Of a DNA stretch of 31,640 nt, positions 1-11,149 are shown one piece after another. Source of the DNA: Tubiluchus corallicola. Taxonomy: Eukaryota > Animalia > Priapulida. The translations under genes and the position numbers were made by a program. Position 1 is the stretch's first letter; every line of letters starts with the position of its first letter. The notes below the pieces were generated by a model that was given only the letters and a program-made list of their open reading frames with translations, was not told the origin of the DNA and made no database searches. The stretch covers positions 1 to 31,640 of the forward strand of contig JAQGDQ010001633.1 of the NCBI GenBank assembly GCA_030141605.1, read 5' to 3'.

Positions 1-592
1 TATAGGTTTTACATGTCAAATGTAGACCTGCGTTAACTCAAATGTAGATTTAGGTAATTCAAATGTGTCTTGGTAACTCAAATGTAGACTTTGGTGGTTC
101 AAATGTGTTAACAATGGTTTTCAAGAATTCTTAAGCGTTTTTGGTAAGTCAAATGTAGACACATGTCAAGTCAAATGTGACATTGGTATCTCAAATGTGG
201 ATAGGTGGTAAAGTTTAAGGATGTTAAATTTAATCTTCTTTAATTTCAATTTAATAATTGCTCCTAAGTTAAAATAACAACGTTATAGGCCTACTAATAG
301 ATGCACTATCTTTGGTTTATCTTTTTCTAATTTGCACTTAAATAACTTAATTACCGATTTATTCAAAGTAATGCATCTACATTTGACTTACCTAAGTCAC
401 ATTTGAGTCTACTACATTCGAAATTCCTATGTCTACATTTGACTACCATTTGAGTAAACAAAACACATTCGAAATTCCTATGTCTACATTTGACTTACCT
501 AAGTCACATTTGAACTTTCCTATGTCTACATTTGACTTACCTAAGTCACATTTGAACTTTCCTGTGTCTACATTTGACGTGTAAAACCTATA
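1..592 (+). mobile_element. Non-autonomous DNA transposon (MITE family A), copy 1
   Basis: Ends TATAGGTTTTACATGTCAAATGTAGAC (1-27) and GTCTACATTTGACGTGTAAAACCTATA (566-592) are inverted repeats with 1 mismatch. Subterminal TCAAATGT motifs (left) and ACATTTGA motifs (right) surround a ~165-bp unique core. Close copies at 16431 and 20136. Confidence 0.92.
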
Positions 593-799
593 GTAGATTT
601 TGTCTTTGTTATCAGTAGTATTGTTATTTGATCTGTTGATCACCATTGCATTTCGCACTGTGAGTGGCACATTTCCCAGGTTGTGGTCCAGTGCAGCACT
701 TCATTTCCTTTGACACATTTTATCCGTTATTTTTTATCACTAGGCGATGCAAAAACTGCAATGAATAAGAACATTAGCCGAATTGTCTTCATGTGCTTA

Positions 800-870
800 A
801 CGACTAAAGTTAAGCCATGTCAAGCCTAGATGCTAAGTAGATGGTGGCCACTAGGAACTTTGCCATGCTG
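800..870 (+). repeat. Possible degenerate 5S rRNA-derived segment (SINE3-like head or 5S pseudogene fragment)
   Basis: AAGTTAAGCCATGTCAAGCCTAG...GATGGTGGCCACTAGGAA aligns loosely, with correct spacing, to the 5S internal control region AAGCTAAGCAGGGTCGGGCCTGG...GATGGGAGACCGCCTGGGAA. Many mismatches. Confidence 0.35.
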
Positions 871-1583
871 GTCCTAACTATTTTCCTCTTTGGGAGACGA
901 TGTACGCCTGTCGGAATGTAACTGAGAGGGGGGGGCACATCTCTCTCACGAAGAGAAGCCTCACTTGTGGATTAGCCTTTCGTTTTAGAAGACTATCATT
1001 AATCTATGACTAATCTACCATATGACTTAACTTTATTCAACTTAAGTTTAATGACTAACAAATGTTGTTAATGAGTTAACTCTAGTCCTAGTGCAACCAT
1101 CTAATGTTAATTAGGTCTGCCCTTGATAAAATTATTATAAATTAATTCAAATTAACAGTCGCCGCAAATGTGCAAAAACCTGAAATATCAAACTTTCAGT
1201 TAGGGCTGCCAAAATATGTTAATTCTTCGCGTGTTTTTGTACGCCTTTCATCAACAAAAGATCAACTTTCTATGAATATAAATCATCCGATATTTATTCA
1301 TAAATATTTAGAAGACTAGTCAAAATCATACGAGAAAGTTATTGGCAGGTTGCGGATGAAATTGACGGGTCAGCTGAAGTGGTCAAAAGCAGGCGTTGCG
1401 CTCCGGATGTCAATAGTGGACAGCAGATCGCCAGAAGCATGGCTCAGGGCTGATTAAGAACCTCAAGAGGTACAGAAAAGATGATGGTATCCCATGTATG
1501 TGTAATTCAGAATGAAAACATTACTAAACTATAAAACTAAATTTTATCTTTCGAAGTGAAAAAACTTGCAGTAAGATTTTGCA

Positions 1584-1588
<5 letters not shown>

Positions 1589-1617
<29 letters not shown>

Positions 1618-2085
1618 CTTCTTCTTCTTCAATGAATCATACGTCCAGGGACATGATTCTGCTCACCTCCCTATGCCAGGACTCCCTGCTCACTGCAATG
1701 CCCCAAGTGGATTTATTTCAAAGGATCAATGCTGAAGTGTTTAAATCTTCCTGTGCAAAATCTAAATATATTAACATTTGTCCTCCTGCAGGTTTTTTAG
1801 CTGGTTCTATGGCTTGTTGAAGAGCTATCTTCACTGGAATATCATCAGGTAGTCTAAGCATATGCCCAATCCATCTTAAACGGCGTCTTTTTATTTTTCT
1901 TGTCCAAGGTTCTTCTTTTATTTTTTCATATAGATCTTTGTTTGAAATTTTCTTTGACCATCTAATACCCAAAATGTTTCTGTAATTTCGCCTTTGAAAC
2001 GCATCGATTTCAGCTTTATGATTTGCTTTTAATGTCCAGAGCTCAGAGTTATACAGAAATACAGTTTCAACTAAGGCTGAGAATA
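1589..2085 (-). mobile_element. 5'-truncated RTE-type LINE with (GAA)n tail and 11-bp TSD
   Basis: ORF 1718-2092 reads LYNSELWTL..IDAFQRR..RNILGIRW..KISNKDLY..RRRLRWIGHMLRL, the post-RT C-terminal region of RTE-clade ORFs. (CTT)n at 1589-1630 is the minus-strand tail. TTTGCACTTAC flanks it at 1578-1588 and 2086-2096. Confidence 0.9.
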
Positions 2086-2395
2086 TTTGCACTTACAGTA
2101 AATGCCAAGGCAGTCAAAAGCAACGTTACCCTGTTTTCAGTATCACCACACTTTTATAAGCATTACTACCCTTAAAATATCTTATTTATGACCCCATTAT
2201 ATAATCAATTAATCGATAAACGTCATCATATGGGCAGTGAGTAGCTCATGTGACCAGAATATCGATATTCATCCGTACCGTCATACCGTAAACAAGCATA
2301 GAAACTTCAAGTGTTAGCAAAATGATTACGGAAACGAATGAACATGTAAAAATTACATGCTGTTTTGACATGCAAACTTTTCACGCAGACAGTGG

Positions 2396-2509
2396 TCACT
2401 GGTCAGTGGTCACTGGGACTGGGGCAATGGTAGGTTGAGCAACTGTTGGCTTGAGGATGACTGTTTGAGCTGTGGCAGTATACCAAGCATGGACACTGCA
2501 GTCGAAAAC
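2396..2509 (-). other. Candidate exon-like segment, product unknown
   Basis: T-rich tract and acceptor (ttttaattctcag|G at 2510/2509) precede ~110 bp of higher-GC sequence that stays open for 30-37 codons in all three frames. No recognisable homology. Confidence 0.2.
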
Positions 2510-2550
2510 CTGAGAATTAAAATACACGCAATTAAAAACAAATAAGTAAA

Positions 2551-4578
2551 AAGAAAGAACACACACAAAATGAAATAACATACACAAAATGAAATAACAC
2601 ACACAAAATGAAATAACACACACAGAATGAAATAACACACACAAAATGAAATAACACACACAGAATGAAATAACACACACAAAATGAAATAACACACACA
2701 AAATGAAATAACATACACAAAATGAAATAACACACACAAAATGAAATAACATACACAAAATGAAATAACACACACAAAATGAAATAACACACACAGAATG
2801 AAATAACACACACAAAATGAAATAACACACACAAAATGAAAGAACACACACAAAATGAAATAACATACACAAAATGAAATAACATACACAAAATGAAATA
2901 ACACACAAAATGAAATAACACACACAAAATGAAATAACATACACAAAATGAAATAACACACACAAAATGAAATAACATACACAAAATGAAATAACATACA
3001 CAAAATGAAATAACACACACAAAATGAAATAACATACACAAAATGAAATAACATACACAAAATGAAATAACACACACAAAATGAAATAACATACACAAAA
3101 TGAAATAACACACACAAAATGAAATAACACACACAAAATGAAATAACACACACAAAATGAAATAACACACACAAAATGAAATAACACACACAGAATGAAA
3201 GAACACACACAAAATGAAATAACACACACAAAATGAAATAACACACACAAAATGAAATAACACACACAAAATGAAATAACACACACAAAATGAAATAACA
3301 CACACAAAATGAAATAACACACACAAAATGAAAGAACACACACAAAATGAAAGAACACACACAAAATGAAATAACACACACAAAATGAAATAACACACAC
3401 AAAATGAAAGAACACACACAAAATGAAAGAACACACACAAAATGAAATAACACACACAAAATGAAATAACACACACAAAATGAAATAACATACACAAAAT
3501 GAAATAACACACACAAAATGAAAGAACACACACAAAATGAAATAACACACACAAAATGAAATAACACACACAAAATGAAAGAACACACACAAAATGAAAT
3601 AACATACACAAAATGAAATAACATACACAAAATGAAATAACACACACAAAATGAAATAACACACACAAAATGAAATAACATACACAAAATGAAATAACAC
3701 ACACAAAATGAAATAACATACACAAAATGAAATAACATACACAAAATGAAATAACACACACAAAATGAAATAACATACACAAAATGAAATAACATACACA
3801 AAATGAAATAACACACACAAAATGAAATAACATACACAAAATGAAATAACACACACAAAATGAAATAACACACACAAAATGAAATAACACACACAAAATG
3901 AAATAACACACACAAAATGAAATAACACACACAGAATGAAAGAACACACACAAAATGAAATAACACACACAAAATGAAATAACACACACAAAATGAAATA
4001 ACACACACAAAATGAAATAACACACACAAAATGAAATAACACACACAAAATGAAATAACACACACAAAATGAAAGAACACACACAAAATGAAAGAACACA
4101 CACAAAATGAAATAACACACACAAAATGAAATAACACACACAAAATGAAAGAACACACACAAAATGAAAGAACACACACAAAATGAAATAACACACACAA
4201 AATGAAAGAACACACACAAATGAAATAACACACACAAAATGAAAGAACACACACAAAATGAAATAACACACACAGAATGAAAGAACACACACAAAATGAA
4301 AGAACACACACAAAATGAAATAACACACACAAAATGAAAGAACACACACAAAATGAAAGAACACACACAAAATGAAATAGCACACACAAAATGAAATAAC
4401 ACACACAAAATGAAAGAACACACACAGAATGAAAGAACGCACAGAGAATGAAAGAACACACACAAAATGAAATAACACACACAGAATGAAAGAACACACA
4501 CAAAATGAAACAACACACACAGAATGAAAGAACACACACAAAATGAAAGAACACACACAGAATGAAAGAACACACACA
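2551..4578. repeat. 19-bp minisatellite, about 107 units, consensus CAAAATGAAA(T/G)AACA(C/T)ACA
   Basis: Directly visible tandem array. The 19-aa periodicity of the three overlapping minus-strand ORFs equals 3 x 19 bp. Confidence 0.98.
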
Positions 4579-4611
4579 ACGTTTCAAAGTACTATTGCAC
4601 CTTATTTTCAC

Positions 4612-5129
4612 CTGAGTATAGAAATAGCAAATAAATCACACAGAGTTACTAACGCAGAATTTTTGTGAAATCACTCCGTAAGTTTTGGGTTTTTTAGCAC
4701 ACAAAATTATCACACTAAAAAGGATACAATCACGTAGAAAAAGCACAAAGCGCAGTAAAGCATACTACCGCAGTGGTAACCGCCATTCAGCCGCCAAAAT
4801 TATGACGTAAGTGGTGGATTTCGTGATTTTTCGTTAGCGCATCCCTAAACGCAAACCTCTGCAGCCTACCTAGCGTTCGTGCAAAAATATCACAAAGTTA
4901 GCTATCTATGTTTTTGTAAAAACTTAAAAACTCATGTTATTTTCAACGGAATCGGACTTCAATCGATTAACGACGTCACTGGTGGAAAAATGAGCGTTCA
5001 AAATAGGAGCTTCCAAGCGTGAAAAGATCGCGACTTCAAAGTGATTTTACTAATTGCAGCAGACGCGTATCGCACTTTTGTCAGGAACATTGAAATAAGT
5101 TAAACTTCCCAGAAAACTTGGCTTTTCCT
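4612..5129. mobile_element. TTAA-ended (Kolobok-like) non-autonomous element, family B, diverged copy
   Basis: Ends AACTTCCCAGAAAACTTGGCTTTTCCT|TTAA (TTAA at 5130-5133). Colinear with 17883-18410 through shared blocks TTTTTGTAAAAACTTA, GACGTCA.TGG.GGAA, GATCGCGACTT.AAAGTGA.TTTACTAATT. The left end is not recognisable. Confidence 0.75.
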
Positions 5130-6496
5130 TTAAGCTAAAGGTTATCTATTGGCTTTGCCAGGAGTAAAAATAATTAGAATAATCGAACTTTGCTTCAACC
5201 AACATTTATTAAGTTTTTAAAACTACGGACACTGCTGAAAAGGTCCGCCCTCTCTCCCACCCACAAGTAATCAGTGCCCAAGCTCCGAAAGTCAGTTCCC
5301 GTTCTGACCACTTTCCTTTAGTGACCTTTCTTAAAACCAAATGACCATAAATGGGCCGTGATTGTCCATCGCCTACGGGCAAATGTACCTCGTGAGCGCA
5401 GGTATTATGTCTTTGTGGAGAAATTCAGACAGAAGAGCATTTTTTGTGCGAGTGCCACGAAAATTGCACTGTTGCAAATTTATTTGATGGAGAATTAACG
5501 TCAATTGGAAATTTCATTTACGACTGTATGCATAGATTTTTGAATTAAATAGTACAGCTTTGTTAGCGGACACATAACCGCATCACTGTGATTATCATAT
5601 AGGGTACCTGTTTAATACATGTCTACAAATGCTTAGTTAGTAGTTTTTTTTCGCTTCATGGAGTTTACAACTAAATTTGTATATCTGTGTATATACCTTG
5701 TGCAGCTATGTTGAGTCAAATTGTTAGTATGATCTGGAAATCATTACCCGAGCTCTGCCCGCTGATAAAACCATCGGGTATGCGTCGAGTTTGTAATTTT
5801 CGTGTTGGAAATTTGATTTTCAGAAATAAAATATCTATCTATCTACGTGTGCTCTGTAAGCAAGTTAACCTGCTTTAATTTCCACTCCTCATTAAAAAAA
5901 ATCAAATAAACGCTCCCAAAAACTTCATTCTTAACATGTTAATAACGTACCTTCAGCCAGCCTCAATTATTGTAATGTAAGATCCATAAAAGTAACGACT
6001 AGTCCTACCATTTTTAGATGATTAGCGTGAACGCGTGAAACGAGAGCTTCAAAAGGAAACCGCTAGACAAGTGATTAAATGTTTAGCTTCCAGCATTTCT
6101 TGGGTAACAGATTGAAAGCAAAACGTCTAGGTTAGTAGTGCATGGCAACGTACCTGTTTACAAAGAGAACGGTGCTTAAGATGGTTGTTTCTACGTGTAT
6201 TATAGCGCATAAAAGCCAAGTAAAGATGGCATAAAAGTAGGAAAACTCTTCGGGCACATACAAACGTCTTATTTTAAGTACGTGAAAGAAAAATATTGAG
6301 TTAATTATGCGGAATTATTTGAGTCAATTACTGAGAATTTATGTACATTTGAATAGAAGCGGGTGTTTTTGAGTCAAATATTAAGTGTAAGTCTATTAAG
6401 CGGCGCTTACTGTATTAGTATGAGAAAGGTTCAACCACATAATTTTCTGTACTTATTTTGGTAATATATTTTTATCGTAAAAATAATCGTAGATAC

Positions 6497-6516
6497 CACA
6501 CACACATACGCGCACA

Positions 6517-6612
<96 letters not shown>
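6497..6612. repeat. Compound (CA)n(CG)n(CA)n(TA)n microsatellite
   Basis: About 116 bp of uninterrupted purine/pyrimidine alternation. Confidence 0.97.
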
Positions 6613-7110
6613 AATACATATATAAGGTTTGTTATTAACGCAGTTACAGAGTCTAATCTATATCCATTAAATAATACCCGTAAGTTTATCTGACACACAC
6701 ATAAATTTGCATTTTAATAATTGATAAAAAACATTATCGCGGTGACAAATGATACCAGTAATTAACCAAATGAGTGTATGTTTAAATGATGTATGATGCG
6801 TTGCCTAATAATAGTGCATATAGCGCAATATCATTCTCTGTCCTCATAAGTAATTGCGTGTTTTATGAGTAATCATGTAGGTTTATTATGTTTATTGCCA
6901 TATACGCGCGCACAATGCAGTGCAGTATGTGACCAGTGACATCACAACAACAACAACAACAAAATAGAACAAAACAATTTCTAATCAGAAATATCAACAT
7001 GCAATTAAATACATAAAAGTGCTAAACAATTAAAATTGAACATTAAGTCTTTAGTAGCGCTTTATAAAAACGGGAAAAGAGGGTAAGTTTAAAGATACAT
7101 GGTGCATATA

Positions 7111-7603
7111 CAGGGTGGCTCATAAGTCACTCTACACTCATTATGACTTTGATTTCTAATTTCTTTTTAATGTTTTCTCTAATCTCCTACAAGCTTCTAT
7201 ATTTATCAAAAGAGGCATTTGACAAAATCAGTCTAGCATCGGATTCTTCAATCACCAATTGAAGTTCATCAGAAATTCAGAGCACCATATGAACATCACT
7301 ATTATCAATGTAATTTTTCAACGAAGTGCAGCCCTTTCTCGCCACTATTTGACTGTGAGATACTTTTTTAATGCAAGATGCCCAACTTGCCATGGTCTCT
7401 GGAGTTCTTGAGGTCACAGAAGAAGGCAGCGAAAACAACAAAGCCTACTAATGCAATAGTTGTTTTCAGATTTTCGTCTAACTAGACTAAAAGAATTGCC
7501 CAATGTTTTAATTAATCTGTGCCAATTTTGAAACATTTTACTTTACCTGTTTGTCAAAAAAATGTAGAAAATGTAAAGTGTACATGACTTATGAGACACC
7601 CTG
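7111..7603. mobile_element. Tc1/mariner-like non-autonomous element
   Basis: TA|CAGGGTGGCTCATAAGTCACTCTACACT ... AGTGTACATGACTTATGAGACACCCTG|TA: a ~27-bp imperfect TIR starting CAG, with TA on both sides (7109-7110, 7604-7605). Confidence 0.88.
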
Positions 7604-7639
7604 TACTTGGACATTGTAGGCTAATATGTATATAGAGGA

Positions 7640-8130
7640 CAATTTGTTCTGAATAACAAATTCTGTTACAACTCCCGATTTGTCTCGTAATGTAAAAGCT
7701 TCTCCCGCCAATTTGAAGACTGTTTTTTAGGATGTCCATATCATTATATTCTATTAAAGACACACATTTTTCTTCATCAGCTAGATTATTGAATGAGGCT
7801 CTTATATTAACAATATCCTTATTATAATTAATTTCTAAGGTACTGCAAAAAGGGCGTCGAATGAGGAAGTGTATTCTCTCTTCTACATTTCTCATGGGGC
7901 AATAGTGAAGAGACGTTCATCGACAGGCGTTTTTCTTTGTTTATGAGATCGGCTTGTTCTACATGTAACTTATACAAGTTAAGTGAATGTGAATTTTGAT
8001 AATACTTTTTATTGATATTGCTGAGCAGGTATTTCTCTACAGTATAACTTCGTTTAATTTTTTAATACGTACGAAGTTTATTAAAGCCGTCTTTTTTATT
8101 GTCGTCAAACATCTTTTTATATTTTTTGCG
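7640..8130 (-). pseudogene. Decayed C-terminal ORF2 fragment of a non-LTR retrotransposon (RTE-X-like)
   Basis: Manual translation across stops and frameshifts gives NKLRTY*KIK...EKYLL...KLHVE...PVDERL..YCPMRNVEERIHFLIRRPF...FNNLADEEK. This matches the KLRTY..EKYL..L.IE.GR..ER.C..C..VEDE.HFL..C zinc-knuckle C-terminus of such LINEs. Confidence 0.75.
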
Positions 8131-8259
8131 TGGCCATTTTTAATTACTTTATTATAAACAAATGAATTGTTGCATCCATAACTTGTCTAGTTGAACATAC
8201 ATAGTTGAACATAGTTGTTTATATACAGCCTTACTATTGTAACAATTATTGCTGCTTTG

Positions 8260-8515
8260 TGGGTGACGGCAACAGCTTAGTGAGCATAGTATGTGCTTGG
8301 CAACAGAAGGTTAGCAACGTCGAGCCTGATATGTAAATGGATCACCGTTGCATAAGCTGCTGGTGGAGGATCTTATCTACTGTCTGCCCTTGCTATTTGC
8401 ATCGTTCAAGGAGGATGTGTGTCATAAGACAGTCATTCTGCATAATGTCTTGTCTTAACAATTATCCTTGATAGATAAGTTCCACTCCAACCACAAGACT
8501 GACAAGTAAACAGAA
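8260..8515 (+). repeat. Possible old tRNA-derived SINE
   Basis: The head CAGCTTAGTGAGCATAG...GAAGGTTAGCAACGTCGAGCC has degenerate A-box/B-box-like spacing, followed by a higher-GC body. Single copy in the window. Confidence 0.25.
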
Positions 8516-8584
8516 AATCGATTGCGAGGTTTACTTCTTAGAAACACTCCAACGGACAAATTTATTGATATAAAAATCTGTGTT

Positions 8585-8741
<157 letters not shown>

Positions 8742-9580
8742 TTCTCAATTAATTTTCAATTAGAGACCATATTAATGTAAATACGTATTTCAAAATAAAA
8801 GATTAATAATCAGCATTAGAGCTAATTGGTTAGTACAGTATATCAGCGTGCAATAAAACGCAAAGTAGCCGTGACTGTACTACATAATTCTAGTAAACCT
8901 TCTAGAGCTCGTTCACACAATATAACTACGGCAACGGCAGAGTACAATTTGCACGGCCGCCGTTGCCATTTGTTAATATAAAATATATGATGCAAACCGG
9001 CATTAGGATGACCATAAAAGATAACCCCAGTTTAATCGGTTTCTCCATTCTTCGATAATGTGCTTTAGAACCCGAATAATTTAGCTAATCAATAATCAAT
9101 AACCAATAATCAATCACTCTAGTAATACTTCAATAAATGCGTCACAAAATGCGAAGCTGTTGCATCCTGTCTAGTAAACTGTTTTATTAAAGATCGCCTG
9201 AAGTAATATGGCGCTGACACACTTGCGACTGAAGTCGGCAGAACTTCTAACAAACCCCCGGCGAAATACAGTTACCACGTACGCAGGCCGCAAGCTGTTA
9301 TTTCACATCCTAACTTTACGTTCTTGCAACGACCGAAGTCTAAAAAGTGTTTACAACAATCGGGCAAGAATTTGAGCACCATGACAGACTTACGATGTGC
9401 TGGTCATTTTATGAGTGGGTGGTAAATTTGGGGAAAAACTTGGCAATGTGCCAGCGCCCGCAGACGCGCAGTAACAATGTAGGCCTTAGTTAAATTACGA
9501 CTGTGAATTGCAGACGGCTCTTAAACCCGTGCGATTTCCCAATAATTGTTACCTTTGAAGAAAGAAGAGGCTGAAAATTG

Positions 9581-9652
9581 TGAACCAATCGGGAGTTGAA
9601 CCCGACACCTGAGATTAAATCTCCCATGCTCTGCTACTCCAGCTACCAGTTG
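9581..9652 (-). pseudogene. tRNA-Lys(TTT)-like sequence, copy 1 (more degenerate)
   Basis: 72-nt cloverleaf on the minus strand with anticodon loop GA-TTT-AA. The first acceptor pair is broken. Confidence 0.65.
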
Positions 9653-9943
9653 AACATGATAGAGCAAGCACGAGATTTCATCCTTGTAGCTCACACTTCA
9701 ACAGCGCCACCTGTACCCATGACAGATACTTCTGGCTTTCACAGTCAAAATCTAATTAATGATATCGTTAATTGTCAGCTAATTTGGAGAAAGAAGATGC
9801 TGAAAATTGTGAACCAATCGGGAGTTGAACCCGAGACCTGTACCTATGACAGCTGGAGGATACTTCTGACATTCACAGTCATAATCTAATTAATGATATC
9901 GTTAATTGTCAGCTAATTTGGAGAAAAAAGATGCTGAAAATTG

Positions 9944-10015
9944 TGAACCAATCGGGAGTTGAACCCGAGACCTGAGATTAAAACTCCCATGCTCTGCTAC
10001 TCCAGCTACCAGTTC
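9944..10015 (-). pseudogene. tRNA-Lys(TTT)-like sequence, copy 2
   Basis: Minus strand GAACTGG TA GCTG GAGTAGCA GAGC A TGGGA GTTTTAA TCTCA GGTC TCGGG TTCAACT CCCGA TTGGTTC A folds as a 72-nt cloverleaf with a perfect T stem and three G-U pairs in the acceptor stem. It lacks the D-loop GG and has G at position 32, so it is probably not a translating tRNA. TTTT follows 3 nt downstream. Confidence 0.75.
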
Positions 10016-10586
10016 AACAAGATAGAGCAAGCACGAGATTTCATCCTTGTAGCTCACAATTCAACAGCGCCACCTGTACCCATGACAGCAAGGGGATACC
10101 TGGCTTTCACAGTCAAAATCTAATTAATGATATCGCTAATTGTCAGCTAATTTGGAGAAAAAAGATGATGAAAATTGTGAACCAATCGGGAGTTGAACCC
10201 GAGACCTGTACCTATGACAGCTGGAGGATACTTCTGACATTCACAGCCATAGTCTAATTAACGATATCATTAATTGTCAGCTAATTTGGAGAAAGAAGAT
10301 GCTGAAAATTGTGAACCAATCGGGAGTTGAACCCGAGACCTGTACCTATGACAGCTGGAGGATACTTCTGGCTTTCACAGTCATAGTCTAATTAATGATA
10401 TCGTTAATTGCCAGCTAATTTGGAAAAGTTGAGGCCAAAATATGTTTTCACACACGTTAAGTGACATTTTTGGCTTCAGTCTCTGTCAAGCTTGTTCGCT
10501 AAGTAAATTTGCGTGCCAACCCCCACGCAGCCACCCAACGTTTTCATTGAGACGTCTGCTGCCCGCGGACGCCTCATTATGTCATA

Positions 10587-10598
10587 CGTGACGTCACG
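10587..10598. promoter_or_regulatory. Perfect 12-bp palindrome CGTGACGTCACG containing a full CRE (TGACGTCA) in a CpG-rich patch
   Basis: The motif is seen directly and 10510-10600 is locally GC/CpG-rich. Function is not shown. Confidence 0.35.
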
Positions 10599-11149
10599 AT
10601 TACAACAGGTTGCTGGAGAAGAGTGGGTGAGAACAGCTGAGACTTGCTTTCATTCATTGCCCATGTTTCCAACCTGCGCAGTGGTTGTTTAGTGTTCCAT
10701 TCTGTCAGGACAAGGAGGACAATCGCATATGTTTACTGTAGCTGTTGTTCAAGTAAACCAGGCAGCGACTGTACACAAATATTGCTGGTATGTAAGAGTT
10801 ACAATCGTATTACTGTTTTTGTGCTATGCTTTTTTTGGCTACAAAGTTACGAACTTTTACGAAAATCTGAAGGTGGATTTCTGACCTCATATTGTTTCGA
10901 AATTAACAATCATTTATTCGTGTTTTTTATCATTTTCGCTGCGTAGGTGAACCTGAGCTAATCCCTTAGGAGTCCTTAGGCCTTTTGCTGCCATTTTAGT
11001 GAGCGTAGGCTTTGTTAAATTCTAAATGTGTTTTTTTTTCACTTATGCTATTTTTGTTATGATTGCTTTTATAATTCTGCTTATGTTTTTGCTTTATTTT
11101 GTTAGTTTATTTGCATCCTGTGTCATCAATTCTTTTTTCTGTCATCAAC

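Larger units (their letters stand above)
9481..10435. repeat. Composite tandem array (long-short-long-short-short units) carrying tRNA-like sequence
   Basis: The anchor TGAACCAATCGGGAGTTGAACCCGA occurs at 9581, 9810, 9944, 10178 and 10312 (periods 229, 134, 234, 134). Left flank 9486-9514 is an inverted match (24/29) to the unit end at 9865-9893. Confidence 0.92.

Noticed and set aside
2396-4611. Three 680-730 aa Cys/Phe/Val-rich ORFs
   Set aside because: All three frames are open only because the 19-bp unit has no minus-strand stop codon. They share the same 19-aa cycle and have no domain.
7240-7275. Minus-strand CTGATGA followed by a hairpin, suggesting a hammerhead ribozyme
   Set aside because: The hairpin is followed by AATCC rather than GAAA, and no stem I or III is found. 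CTGATGA at about 19869 also lacks a stem II.
9481-10435. CRISPR-like repeat array or functional tRNA gene cluster
   Set aside because: There are no unique spacers and no cas genes, and the context is eukaryotic. The cloverleafs lack the D-loop GG and pyrimidine 32, so they are not called functional tRNAs.
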